NCBI RefSeq assembly: GCF_006345805.1
Contig: NC_043006.1
Location: 30,628,001 to 30,692,000, forward strand
From: Octopus sinensis
Taxonomy: Eukaryota
Direction: 5' to 3'
DNA: 64,000 bases
Part shown: piece after piece, positions 27,401 through 39,604 of the stretch
Layout of the letters: each line of letters opens with the position of its first letter
Numbering within the stretch: position 1 is the first letter of the stretch
Notes under the pieces: model-generated
What the model saw: the letters and a program-made list of their open reading frames with translations, nothing else
What the model was told of the DNA's origin: nothing
Databases searched by the model: none
Program-made: the position numbers and the translations under genes

Positions 27401-27772
27401 CAAGATCCACTATATTAAGCTTACCAACAGTTTTCTGTAATGCCTGCAGTCAGGGTTGTGCCAGAATCTCTGGTCTACAATTCCATGAAAGAATAAAACA
27501 TGGTTGCTCTCATCCTCCCATTTTCCATTTATTCTTCCTTCTTTCCTCTCATTTCTCTCTTATTTATTCTCTTTCCCATCAACATCTTTTCCTCTATCCT
27601 ATGATTGGAATCTTACATACATGTATGAGTGCCAACAACAATCTCCAGTCATAGCTGTCCTGATGAGCATTGGGGAAACTGCAGAGGATTGACATTGCCA
27701 AAATAAAAACATTATTAACCACTACGATGGTATAGAGCACTCTTTCTCCTGACAGTCAACACTAAATGGGAT

Positions 27773-27821
<49 letters not shown>

Positions 27822-28212
27822 TATATATATATTATATATATATAACTCTGCCAGATCAGGCTGGAGCCATCTGGTTCGCCAGTCCTCAGTCAAATCGTCC
27901 AACCCATGCTAGCATAGAAAGCGGACATCAAACGATGATGATGATGATGATGATATATATATATATATATGCCAAAACTAATCTTGTCTGTGCTAGTGCC
28001 ATGTAAAAAGCACTGAGTTCACCTGTAAAATCCCTGCTAAAACAGACACAGAAGCCTTGGGTAGATTTTCTACTTGGCCGGCTCCTGTCAACTGTCCTAC
28101 CCAAGCATGCATGGAAGATGGACATTAAACAATGATGACAACGATGACGATGATGATGATATTGCTAGCCACTACACATTCTCATCATCTCTCCTTGTTT
28201 CTTTCTGTGTTC

Positions 28213-28248
28213 CTTTCTGTGCAAGAGCATAGGCTCGAAACATTAAAG
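28213..28248 (+). ncRNA. Degenerate minimal hammerhead motif (U6, G8 to C)
   Basis: CUUU-CUGUGCA-A-GAGC(AUAG)GCUC-GAA-ACAU-U-AAAG. Confidence 0.5.
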
Positions 28249-28334
28249 ACTTTTTCACTTCCCAAGCGTTATACTAATACATCTGTTTGTTTTCTACACC
28301 ACCTGTCTTCATCTTTTGTTTTTTTGCGAATTCT

Positions 28335-28372
<38 letters not shown>

Positions 28373-28461
28373 TTCAAATTTGCAGGAAACCAGAGACAAA
28401 GGTAGGTGTAGGAACAACAAGTAGGTGTATTAGTTTAATGCAATGGAAAAGTGGAAAAGTA

Positions 28462-28497
28462 TTTTTATGTTTCAAGTCCACGCTCTTCGGCAGAAAG
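28462..28497 (-). ncRNA. Degenerate minimal hammerhead motif (C6, damaged stem II)
   Basis: CUUU-CUGCCGA-A-GAGC(GUGG)ACUU-GAA-ACAU-A-AAAA. Confidence 0.4.
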
Positions 28498-28799
28498 GAT
28501 TAAAAGTAAAAGAAAAAATGGAGGGAGAATGAAAACAACAGAAAAAAATTGTGCAGAGTTCAACTGTCCAACATGGTGAGATGACTGGAAAAAAGAGGTT
28601 GAATGGAAAGGAGATAATGATAATAATAATAATGGTAAAGGTAAAGGTGATCCCAACGAATTAAGGTGTGCTAGCGTGTGTGTGTATGTGAGAATGGTGT
28701 GTATGAGTGTGTATGTGTGTCTGACGTGTGTGTGTGTAGCAGTTGATGTATACTTGATCAGGTAGTGTGTGCACATGTGTTCTTCCAGTTCACGACACA

Positions 28800-29490
28800 C
28801 ATTCAGTCATGACTGTTTTTGATCCTCCGTGAGCAGGCAAGGCACAAATTTTACTGCAACTTTATTCATACCCAATTCTCCATTCAAAATTCGTTGGCAG
28901 GAGTTCCAGGACACACCAATCGTCTCTTTTTCTACTCTAGGAACAAGGCCCGAAAGTTTGGGGGGAGGGAGGGGGCAGTCAATTGGATCGAACTCAGTAC
29001 ACAACTGGTACTTAATTTATCGACCCTGAAAGGATGAAAGGCAAAGTCGACCTCAGTGGAATTTGAACTCAGAATGTAATGACAGATGAAATATCGCTCA
29101 GCATTTCGCCTGGTGTGCTAACGTTTCTGCCAGCTCACACACACACACCAGTCATATCAACAAGTTTGTCAATTGTTTGGTGATTGTCCTCCAAGATCAG
29201 ATCATGAATTTTGTTGATGTCTTCATTCGTTTGGGAGTTTGACGGTCGTCCTGAACAAGGTTGGTTTTCAAGTAACAAGTGACCATTTTTAAAATGTGGA
29301 AACCACTTATAAGCTTTTGTTTTGCTCATGGCAGCATCCTTGTAAGCTGTCTGAAGATTGGGAACTATTTGGTTCACTGTTTTCTCTGGCAGAAAACAGA
29401 ATTTCATGGAAGCATGCTGTTCCTTCATTTCAGTCATTGCAAAAATTGACAAACAAGGGAGAAGCCCTGCAAATAAAGATGCACCACATG
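28800..29490 (-). mobile_element. Mariner transposase 5' fragment, split by a SINE insertion at about 28915-29135
   Basis: KEQHASMKFCF...AYKDAAMSKTKAYKWFPHFKNG...GRP...IDKLVDMTG resumes after the SINE as GVSWNSCQRILNGELGMNKVAVKFVPCLLTEDQKQ. Confidence 0.85.
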
Positions 29491-30379
29491 AGAGTACTAT
29501 CATAGCAGATGGTGTCAGTCGGCAGGCTAAGGCCTGAGGGTCGCATCAAGTGGCTTCTAGCAGCAGAAGCCTGAACTACAACAGGTTTGTCCCACAAAGA
29601 ACGTTTCCAGTTACTTTTGGGTATCTACTTGTACACACACACAGACACACACACACACACACATACACACACTCACACACACATGCACACACACGCATAT
29701 GTACATATACATATATATACAAATGCATTATATATACAGAGAGAGAGAAAGAGAGATGGGGGAGCAAAAAGCTTCACTTCTGCTACAAAGTTATTCTCAA
29801 TTATGAGTGACAGCCAACAAAAAAATCAAAGAAACTCTCTGTCTGTCTGTCTCTGTTTGTCTGTCTATCTCTGTCTTTCTCTCTCTGTCTCTATCTGTCT
29901 ATATATATTCAGCCCTGCATGATACTTAATGTATATACAGTGTTGATAGGCCAGATATTATGGTATTCATACTGAGATAACATCTCTTATAGACTTAGTG
30001 TGTTAAAAACACAATAAATATCTGAGGGAAGCCAAAAATCGTCCTTGCAGTGACCAGTGAGTGCACCAGATATTCATTTTGGCTCTTTCGGGCAATTTCA
30101 ATGTCATGTACTCACTCACAATCAGCCTCATGCTTGGACAAGAATTTCTGACCTCCAATATTGGGAGCAATGAGCAAAACGTTCGATGAGATTGCAAACA
30201 GCCACCCAGCTATTTTCTACAGTTGGATACACTTCTTGACACTAACCTTTATTTGATTCCAAACAAGGAAATGTTTGCTTGTGAGGGGACATATTCCCAT
30301 GGAAGATACGAAACAATACCATTTGTATGGTGGTGGCACTTTTTTCCAACTATCATGTGACATCAAGACATGGAAGCAC

Positions 30380-30424
<45 letters not shown>

Positions 30425-31181
30425 TATTTCTATAATTTACTTTTCTCTTAATGTAAGATCAACAAAAAAGGGACTTCATCTGCTGAGCGATAAATATCAT
30501 TTAATGTACACTTTATAAAGATAAGAGCTGCTGATAGTTTCTTGCAATGAAGACTCAAGGGTCATGCAGGTTTTCATAATGTGCCTTGTATCTCCAAGCA
30601 ACCTTCAGGCACTGAGCACAAGGTCTGTCCTGTTTCAAAATCAGGACAACAGTACATGAGAAACCATAAGAAAAAACAAGCAGTATGATGTGAAAAATGG
30701 AAGGGTGAATAAAAACGATGTGTGTGTGTACTATTGGTTGCCTTGTTAAGCCACAAATAAAGTATATATATGTGTGTGTGTGTGTGTGTGTGAGTGTGTG
30801 TTGTTTTTATATATACAAGTTGTTTTCCTTGATACGAGATCAGTGATTGTGTGTCGCTTAAAGAATATATAGTATTTGCGAGTGGAGATAGCTTTCATCA
30901 CTAGCTGGTGATTGTCTCACACTTAGGACGGATAACATCCAATAAACTAGGTCTGCAAGTATCATGTAAGGCTAGATATGGGAGCAATGTCCTCCCTGGA
31001 AAATGCTATGTACGGACACAGACTGTGTATTGTTAGCCAGGTGGAAAAGATATTTTCCTGGGGCTAAAACAATTGTAACACCGTCCTTTATAGGACTGCC
31101 ACATCATGTTGGCATACAAACATTACTAATTGGTACTGTTACTGTATTTCTTTCGTGCAGAGATTTAAAACATGTTTTCCT

Positions 31182-31218
<37 letters not shown>

Positions 31219-31654
31219 GAGGAAAACAATTAGTTTTAAATCTCTGAGTGCGAAGTAAGTAGTAACAGTAGTACAGAGTAAAATCTATTCGCCAGTGTAA
31301 CTGTGTGTCACTTTAAAAGTATATACCTCGAACAAGGCCTAGCACTGCCATCTCTAGTCAACGGTTATCCTGTGACAATGAAGAGAAACAACTCAGAAAC
31401 CATGGTCCATAGGTACCGTTTAAGGCTCAGTGAGGACATTAGCTCCCTTGTTTGAGATATAAAGATACAGTCATGCATGGTAGCCGGCTGGAAAAGATGT
31501 TTTCCTGGGGGTTAAAAAAGATAGTAACATCGTCCTAATCAGGACTGCCATTTTATGTTGGCAAATAGATTTTACTCTCACTTTCTCTCTCTCTCAATAT
31601 ATATATATATATATATGATGATGATGATGAGGATGATGTTATATACATACATAT

Positions 31655-31896
31655 ATATATATTCTTTTACTCTTTTACTTGTTTCAGTCATTTGACTGCG
31701 GACATTCTGGAGCACCACCTTTAGTTGAGCAAATCGCCCCCAGGACTTATTCTTTGGAAGCCTAGTACTTATCCTATTGGTCTCTTTTGCCAAACCGCTA
31801 AGTTACGGGGACATAACCACACCAGTATTGGTTGTCAAGCGATGTAGTGGGGACAAACACAGACACACAAATATATACACACACATACACACACAT

Positions 31897-31932
<36 letters not shown>

Positions 31933-31942
31933 ACATATATAT

Positions 31943-32004
<62 letters not shown>

Positions 32005-32185
32005 ATATACACACATATATATGATGGGCTTCTTTCAGTTTCTGTCTACCAAATCCATTCACAAGGCTTTGGTCGGTCCGAGGCTATAGTAGAAGACACT
32101 TGCCCAAGGTGCCATGCAATGGGAATGAACCCAGAACCATGTGGTTGATAAGCAAGCTACTTACCACATAGCCACTCCTGCGCCT
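31655..32185 (-). mobile_element. Composite tRNA-derived SINE with an internal (TA)/(CA) array; further copies at about 14965-15073, 15950-16310, 49790-49975, 50885-51010 and 60250-60460
   Basis: Head ggaggcgcaggagtggctatgtggtaagtagcttg...ggttc...gggcaagtgtcttctactatagcc and tail ...cagtcaaatgactgaaacaagtaaaagag recur across the copies. Confidence 0.8.
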
Positions 32186-32332
32186 CCAGAAATCTGTAGA
32201 GTCTACTAGCGCTAATATATGATTTATAAAAACATGTGACATATTAATAAAAATCTGTAAATATAAGACCATCCAGATTTCTGAATTCCTTATTTCTTCT
32301 AATATATAATACCTGTACATCACCTCCAAACC

Positions 32333-32386
<54 letters not shown>

Positions 32387-32832
32387 TTGATTAGAGGATA
32401 TATTAATCTCACGAAGGGATGGTTGCAGCCAAGGAAATACTGGTTCAATACCTAATATATTTGGGGAATGAAATTCCCTTAAAATAATAGGTATATATAA
32501 AAACATTTAGTTTATATTCATTTAAAAGAAGGAAAGAAAATGGAGATAAGGCAGTTAATTGTTTATTATTAACAAATTGGTCATCTTTGCTTCATACAGC
32601 TGTTTCAATTAATACTCAATAATGAGAATATTACAGGAGTTACTACTCAGAAATCTAGAATTATGTATTTGTGAAACTACTGGCACAACACTGTAGGTTT
32701 ATGAGTACCTGAGTACCTCAGTATCTCAGTACCTCCTGTTGTACTTTCAGGTAATAAAAAAATTATGTATATTTTTAGCTTTATATATCAAGCTCTCTTT
32801 CTTTCCTTTGTAAAAAGCAAATGTACTTCATT

Positions 32833-32929
<97 letters not shown>

Positions 32930-33249
32930 AGAGAGAGAGAGAAAGAGAGAGAGAGAGAAAGATTTGTACATGAAAGGAAAAGACAGCATAGACCCTTGAT
33001 GAGATTTGAACTTAAGACCTGATCAGCCATGAATGTCCTTTTGATGAAAATATAAAAAAATAAAATAAAAACAAATAGAACCAAAAATTTCAACAACTTT
33101 TTTAAAATTTATTTTTGTCTTTGATTCATTTAATCTAAGAAGATATTTCAGTAAGTTTAGTATTTACATTTTAGAAGTAAAGATTTCAGCTAACTGGATC
33201 TGTGATCTTGTGTCTGAAATGTTTGTTGGTTGTTTTAATTGTTTGTACC

Positions 33250-33255
33250 TTTATT
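33250..33255 (-). promoter_or_regulatory. Candidate polyadenylation signal (AATAAA) of the FReD gene
   Basis: tttatt on the + strand about 60 nt past the stop codon; position only. Confidence 0.35.
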
Positions 33256-33316
33256 GTGTTTGTGTGTTGGTGGCAAAGAGATTAACTTTCACTGAATATC
33301 ATTGATTATTGCAACA

Positions 33317-33709
33317 TCACTCTGAATCCGAAGCTTTGAGGGACATTGTTGTATGCGTCACTTCTATAAACAAGCCATTAGATGACCATCCAACTGGTTT
33401 AGAAAGTGGGTAGAACTCCTTGAAAGTTCCCATGGGTAGATTCAAATTGACAGAAGCACATCCAGGCCCGAACCACCAAGCTGAACGGGAATCAAGGGCA
33501 CAGCCATATTCATCTTTGTCAGGAGTTGCAAACGGTTGTCCCCTGAGGTCTTGCTTCTCGTCTTCAGGTTGGAACCCATTACTCAAACTGCTGTCTTTAG
33601 GTTTGAAATCTTCAAAGTTCATTCGAAAGAGATCTTCTTCAGAAGAAACAGTGAAATGAGTGTATATAATTTCAAAGTCTCCAGCTTTGATCACAAGGTC
33701 GTATTTGTC
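33317..33709 (-). CDS. PAN-EGF-FReD exon 4: C-terminal part of fibrinogen domain (DKYDLVIK...FATPDKDEYGCALDSRSAWWFGPGCASVNLN...TMSLKASDSE*)
   Basis: Acceptor ttatttgccag, phase 0, 393 nt to the stop. Motifs FAT-x-D-x-D, CA, WW-x4-C-x3-NLN. The four exons total 1068 nt = 355 aa + stop. Confidence 0.9.
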   Translation of the reverse strand, partial: DKYDLVIKAGDFEIIYTHFTVSSEEDLFRMNFEDFKPKDSSLSNGFQPEDEKQDLRGQPFATPDKDEYGCALDSRSAWWFGPGCASVNLNLPMGTFKEFYPLSKPVGWSSNGLFIEVTHTTMSLKASDSE

Positions 33710-35050
33710 CTGGCAAATAAAATGAATATCATCAGTGATTCTTCAATACATTTACATCACATGTCACTGACATCTATGTGAAAACAACATATACACATAC
33801 ACACAAACATATTGATTCATACACACACACACACACATACACACACACACGCACACACACACACATGCACACTCACACAAATATATATTGATGCATATAT
33901 ACATGGTTGTACACAACAGACAAAACGAGAAACAATCTTTTTTTGTGCAGCAAATTCAATCCATAAACAATGTGCATGCACACATACTTATACAGTGGCC
34001 ATTGTTTGCTATTGAATATGAAAATCTGTTGTGCTTTGTTTTTCACTTTTAAACTGTAGTCCCTCCTCCCTATTATGAGGGCTTTCATGGAACTCTGTTC
34101 CATGACCGTATACTTGATTGGTCTCTAGAGAACATCTATTCTACAGATATTAAAATCTGCAATACGCTAACATTGCTCAGAAAGAAACAGCAATATTGGC
34201 AGGCTCTGATCTGAAAAGAAAAGTGACATGAAGAGACTTATGATTGGAGCAAACAACCTTTGAGTGTCATGTGACATTATACAGACAGTGTCTACTAATA
34301 TATACATCAACCAAATATTTAAAAGTGAAGAGGATAACGTTTCATGTGTTGACAGAGAACTCCTCAAAACGTATTCACTTCCCAACGATTTTCTACATGA
34401 CCCCAAAATTACTGGGCTAGTGTACTCAGCAAAGACCTACAAGAGAAAACCTACTATTTATTGAGTTAAAAAGGTTATGCATGGCTTTGCTCACCCATGC
34501 ATAATCATTATAAACTCAAGGCTATTAAGAATAAGTGTAACCTCTTCAATTCTGGCTGATCCAACACATTTCAAAGGTTATGCATTTTAAGCCAAGAATA
34601 GGGGATAGCTACAAGCTACTCTAATAAATAAAGATAGTGATGTCTTAAAGTCTTCAAAATGTTACCAAAAATGTCAGTTATGTCACATTTCTATTGAAAT
34701 GGCAGATGCTAATTCCATTTAGAATCTGCCTCAAAATGTGACCAAGCTACCACTTCCTAATGTGGCATGATGCTGTTGCTAAAATAATATTCTGTACCAT
34801 CCATAGGTAAAACCGCTACCCTGTTATTAAGTTAGTATAGCAACACAATACAAGTGGTCAGCATTAGGAAGGGCATCGAACCATAGAAACCAACCAAAGC
34901 AGACTTTGGAGCTTGGAGCAGTTCTCTGGCTACTGTCAAACCGTCCAACCCATGTCAGCAAGGAAAAACGGACATTAAATGATGCTGATGATGATAGGGA
35001 TGATCTAATGATGATCCTTCAGAGTTTTGGTAAGGTCTAATATTCTAGAA

Positions 35051-35236
35051 CAGCGGTTCTCAACTGTAGCTCCCAGAGTCATATGCGGCCCTCAAGCATC
35101 CTTCCAGCAGCCCTTGATGGCCTTCCCTCAATAAACATGATAAATTTTTCTTTGATTGACTTTTGTTTTACTTTTTTTGGTAAAAAACATCCAGGTTTTG
35201 GATCTGACCTGGATATTAAAAGGTTGAAAAACATTG
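35051..35236. mobile_element. Possible hAT/Charlie-type MITE in FReD intron 3
   Basis: Ends cagcggttctcaac and gttgaaaaacattg form imperfect TIRs; flanks ttctagaa and gtcgagaa resemble an 8-bp TSD. Confidence 0.45.
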
Positions 35237-35442
35237 GTCGAGAACCTCAAACAAGCAACCATAGAAACAACTCTGTGGTCAATTATAAATCCATATCCCT
35301 TTTAGATGACCTCGGTACCAATCAATTCACTTTGGCCACTCAGCTAGAGAATCTCACACACAAGAACATCTGCAACTAAAAGAGTCTCTGGCTAGACTTT
35401 TTTGATAATACATCTAAAGAAAACAAAGCTTTAAGTCCTTAC

Positions 35443-35696
35443 TTGGCTTGTGATGGCGTGGAGCATGTCATTACCTAACCAATAATCACAGTCTTTATCA
35501 CCAAAACCAAGTTGGTAATCTTGCCATCCACGGAAGAAATCTTCCCTTTCACAAGTCTTGTCAGTTCTCCTTTGGAAGAGCATGTATCCACCAAGTGACA
35601 TTTGGCAATAGACTTTCACTGTTTTATCCATAGCTATTGGTTGAATTTCATACATTCCATCTTCATGAGCACCATTTAGGTAGACTTCTCGACAAT
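35443..35696 (-). CDS. PAN-EGF-FReD exon 3: N-terminal part of fibrinogen C-terminal domain (DCREVYLNGAHEDGMYEIQP...VYCQM...FQRR...FFRGWQDYQLGFGDKDCDYWLGNDMLHAITSQ)
   Basis: Acceptor ttcttgcag, donor gtaagg; 254 nt, phase 1 to 0. Canonical FBG motifs: C-x2-Y...G-x-Y, VYC-x-M, QRR, F-x-R-x-W-x-DY-x2-GFG, YWLGND. Confidence 0.92.
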
Positions 35697-36149
35697 CTGC
35701 AAGAAATTTCAATTCAAACAGTACAAGGTTCAGGCAAGCCCCACACCTCAAAAAAAACAAAAAGTACAAAGCAAATATATGACATATTTCTTCCTATTTA
35801 CTTAAGGATGCAGATGATGGTGTCAGTTTGAGGGGAAGGGGTGATGAAAGTGGTTGCAGGGATGACAATGGTGATGATGATCTTTGGAAGAACCTGACCT
35901 TGAAATTCCAACCCAATAAAATCAATCCTCAAATTTACATTGCTTTGGCTATTTTTTAGGTGCCACTGTAAAAGAACTTTCTGCTGTTTCTCTGGCCAAC
36001 CCCAGGATCTCTTAGAAAGAGAAACAATACACTATGGTGGTGTTTGTTTTATTGATTCCCTTAGATCAGTGAACTGCATTTAGCCATTGCACATATCTAT
36101 AGTAGGGGCCTGGGCTGATGAGATTGAAGACCTGAGGTTACGGAAATGG

Positions 36150-36950
36150 TACCACTTGGATCAGAATGTGAACCACCAATAATCTAGTTCAATAACCTAT
36201 TGATTTATTTCCTAAAGATTTACTTAATATCCAGTTGGCTGTTAGTTATTTGAAGTCTTTTGCTGTATTTCAGGATGACTTTACAGACTTTATGGTCCTT
36301 CTTCATCCATTATCTCATCAATCACTGAACTTGATACAGATTGGTTTGCTGAGGCAAGTAGAGTAAAGAGTCTTGTCTAATGTTCCAAAATGCAACATCA
36401 GTTGGAAGATTTTATCTTTTGGTAATAGTTTGGTGCCATAAATTGAGCTGTTTTTTCTGTCTAGTGACATGTACAAGAAGATTATTAGGAAAGTGAAGAG
36501 TGTCATCTTGGCAAAACATCAAACTGTATCCAGTGGTGAGGATCCAGCTTGGAAGTTCAGAAGCTTAGAGGAATATAGAGTTTGTCCTTGGTTACTACAA
36601 CTTGCAGGTTATCAGGGAGTGATACCTGTTGAGGGCCTTAGTTATAGGTCAAATAGCAGAAGAGTGAACTGTGAGTTTGACATAGAGGATTTTATGGAGG
36701 GTTGGCCAATAGACATTGGTGTGTGCATCTGATGTCACATGAACCAATTCCTTCCTTTAAATAGACCCAATGCCTTATGGGTAATCTCAAGAGAGCAGAA
36801 GACTAGTAAAGTTAACAGAAATAAACTGGTAAAAGGCGATGAGGAACCATTGCTGTGCTTTTCAAAAAAAAGCTCCTGAATCTTCAGACTTTGGCATGGA
36901 TGTCCCTGATTGCTGACACCTGTAGGTGCAGCACATGTGGAAAGAGGAGA
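36150..36950 (-). mobile_element. Possible decayed CR1/L2/Jockey-like RT fragment in FReD intron 2
   Basis: A frameshifted FA-DDTLHF remnant resembling the RT catalytic FADD motif; otherwise very degraded. Confidence 0.3.
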
Positions 36951-38044
36951 GAAGAGAGAGGGAGAAAGAGAGAATGTAATAAAACTACAGACATAATACA
37001 TTGGCTACAGGTGTAAATATGGATTGGAAGCAGCATCAAGCAATAACCATTTCACAATATCCTGTCTTGAGAGATTTAGCACTTATATTTCAAGTTGGCA
37101 GGAGATTTGCTTTGGGTGATTTGGCTTGTACAGTATTGCAGAGTGAATGTATATATTAAAGTAGTTCACAGAGTCAGCTCAACTGGTTTAAGAGTGTGGT
37201 ATTACAGTGTGATGTTACTTCCAGCCTATTGCCAGCCATCGTTGCAGGCTTGTGGTTTCTTTATCTGAAACACTGTTACTTGAGATAATTTATGTTAAAA
37301 AATTGTTCGTTAAACAATTTATTTTTGATGAGAGGCATTCATAAACAAAGTTCCACTGTCTATAATTAGTTTCCCCACTCCTTTTCTCCAAGACCTCTTG
37401 ACCTCTGCTCATGTCAAGATTATGAAACAGATTAAGAAATATAGGAATGATTAAATTTGTGAATGGAAACAATAGTTTCTTACGTTAACATGAAGAGACT
37501 CCAAATAATGGATGGGATTTGTACATGGCAATGCATGAAGGGTGTTTATTTGATCAAATAATAAAGGATGGGAAACAAAGTTAGCGCTAAAAGATTTTCA
37601 ATTCAGAATGTAGAGAGCTAAAAGACAGTTTTGGTACTATGCAACTCCTACCAATATCTTGCCTTATGAATCGGAATAGTATGAAAAGCTGAAATACATC
37701 TTTGCTACCGTCTTATAATAATAGTGTTCTTGATTATGATGATGATAATGAGGAATTGAAGAAGACAGTTTGATGATGGTATCTGTGTGGTATCTACTGA
37801 GAACAGCAGAAGTTTTACCCATCAACAGGAATTGGTTATACATGTATATTGGCAGAGAAATTTATTGTTTGATAGAATATATCTAATAAAAAGAATTTTT
37901 CAACAAGATGTTAACATGGCTGCTTACAGAAAAGAAAATTTATTAGAATTATAAAATGTTTTATAGAAAATGGCAATTTTTCAGCTTATTGATTCCATAT
38001 ATTTTTATTGAGTGAAAAAGGTTATTTTAACTTAGTCTGTTTAC

Positions 38045-38144
38045 CTTTAAAGCGTCTGTCACAGAACTCTCCGGTAAAACCATCACGACAAATACATCGG
38101 GTTCGAACCCAGTCTCCCCCATTTTTGCATGGGTTGGGCCCTTT
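38045..38144 (-). CDS. PAN-EGF-FReD exon 2: EGF-like module KGPNPCKNGGDWVRTRCICRDGFTGEFCDRRFK
   Basis: Acceptor tctttgacag and donor gtaaac. 100 nt, phase 0 to 1, which is exactly what is needed to join exon 1 to exon 3. Not present in the ORF track. Confidence 0.88.
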
Positions 38145-38386
38145 CTGTCAAAGAAATAAAATCAATATTACAGGCATGCAGGATGGAGAGAGTTGGGATT
38201 TTGTGACATGGGAAGAATGGCAAAGGGTTATTCCTGATATAGAAAGATTGTTAGAGCCATCCTTGGTGATTGACTGTTTCTCTATCAGTGATCACAAACA
38301 ATATATAATCAATAGTCAATCAGTCTTTTAAGCAATCACTTATTGTTTTTACTTTCAAATAAATGCAAGAATTTAACTCCACTTAC

Positions 38387-38707
38387 CATTTCAAAGTAGG
38401 TACAGTTGGGTTTTTGTCTCAAGAGTGAACATTCCCCATTTGCTCTCCATTGGTTCAATGTGCAACGACCACCTTTGCGGTTTCCATGAAGGCAAAAGTT
38501 AACAGACATGCAGAGATCATGGTTCATGCAGACATAGGCACATTCTGCCTTTGTATCGGCATGTCGTCTTTGAATCGCTTGATTTGGGAATTCATAATTC
38601 CTGATGCATTCGGGAATGGATTTCAGGATTTCGGTTTGTTGTTCATATTTTGCAGCACCATAATGAAAAGACACCAGTAACACAAAGTAAAGACTGTAGG
38701 AAATCAT
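38387..38707 (-). CDS. Secreted PAN-EGF-FReD protein, coding exon 1: signal peptide (MISYSLYFVLLVSFHYGAA) + PAN/apple domain
   Basis: ATG at 38707 lies one base after an acceptor (cttcag). Hydrophobic N-terminus, then ECAYVCMNHDLCMSVNFC...RCTLN matching the PAN pattern C-x3-C-x5-C-x-S-x-N...C-x-L-N. Donor gtaagt at 38386; 321 nt, phase 0. Confidence 0.85.
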
Positions 38708-38921
38708 TCTGAAGAGAAGAAGAAGAAGAAGACATAAATTTCAACATGGTAACATTTATAAGAATTCATTTCTTTTGGTTAATCTCAAGACAAGTTTGCT
38801 GTTATTTCTAGAGCACTTCTCGTTGTAACTCTCAATAGCAACACCTACCATATATGTATGTATGTGTGTGTGTATGTGTGTGTGCGTGACTGTTGAATTG
38901 AGGCTATTATTTTAAGGCAAG

Positions 38922-39148
38922 TTGAGGTGGTGAGCTGGCAGAACCATTAACACACCAGGCAAAATGCTTGACGGCATTTCATCTGTCTTAACATTCTGAG
39001 TTCGAATTCTGTTGAGATCTACTTTGCCTTTCATTCTCTCAGGGTTGATAAAATATCAATAAGTACCAGTTGAGTATTGGGTGTCAATGTAGCTGACTTA
39101 CTCCTCCCCTCAAAAATTGCTGGCTTTGTGCCAAAATTTGAAACCAAA
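38922..39148 (+). mobile_element. Second tRNA-derived SINE family; minus-strand copies at about 5915-6110, 12565-12735, 28915-29135, 45240-45385, 54140-54525 and 55335-55550
   Basis: Shared gagctggcagaa...ttctgagttc(g)aattc...gactttgcctttcatcc...gtaccagt...tgtgccaaaatttgaaac sequence with a B-box-like gagttcraa. Confidence 0.8.
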
Positions 39149-39285
39149 ATTTTAAAACAAGTTTAAGAATAACAATGAAACATTTAATGATGGCAGTGGT
39201 GGTGGTGGTGGGGGAAGTAACTCAGCACTGTGAGCACATGCCCCACCCCACACATATATATATTCTTTTATATTATGTTTATAAG

Positions 39286-39375
<90 letters not shown>

Positions 39376-39382
39376 TATATAT

Positions 39383-39424
<42 letters not shown>

Positions 39425-39604
39425 ATATATATAATATATATATATATATATTCACAATGGCCAAGAATTCACAACGCCCTCGAACACACAAGTGCAAACA
39501 AGGGAGACAGAGAAAGGCAGAATGCCACTTATATTTGAACACTATACAAATATTCCTTTAAAAAAACTTTTCTTTTAATTTTTCCAAATTCAATTATTTA
39601 ATCG

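Noticed and set aside
37150-37265. tttcag-IKKPQACNDGWQ as the missing FReD exon
   Set aside because: In-frame TAG before any donor; the exon at 38144-38045 fits phase and homology.
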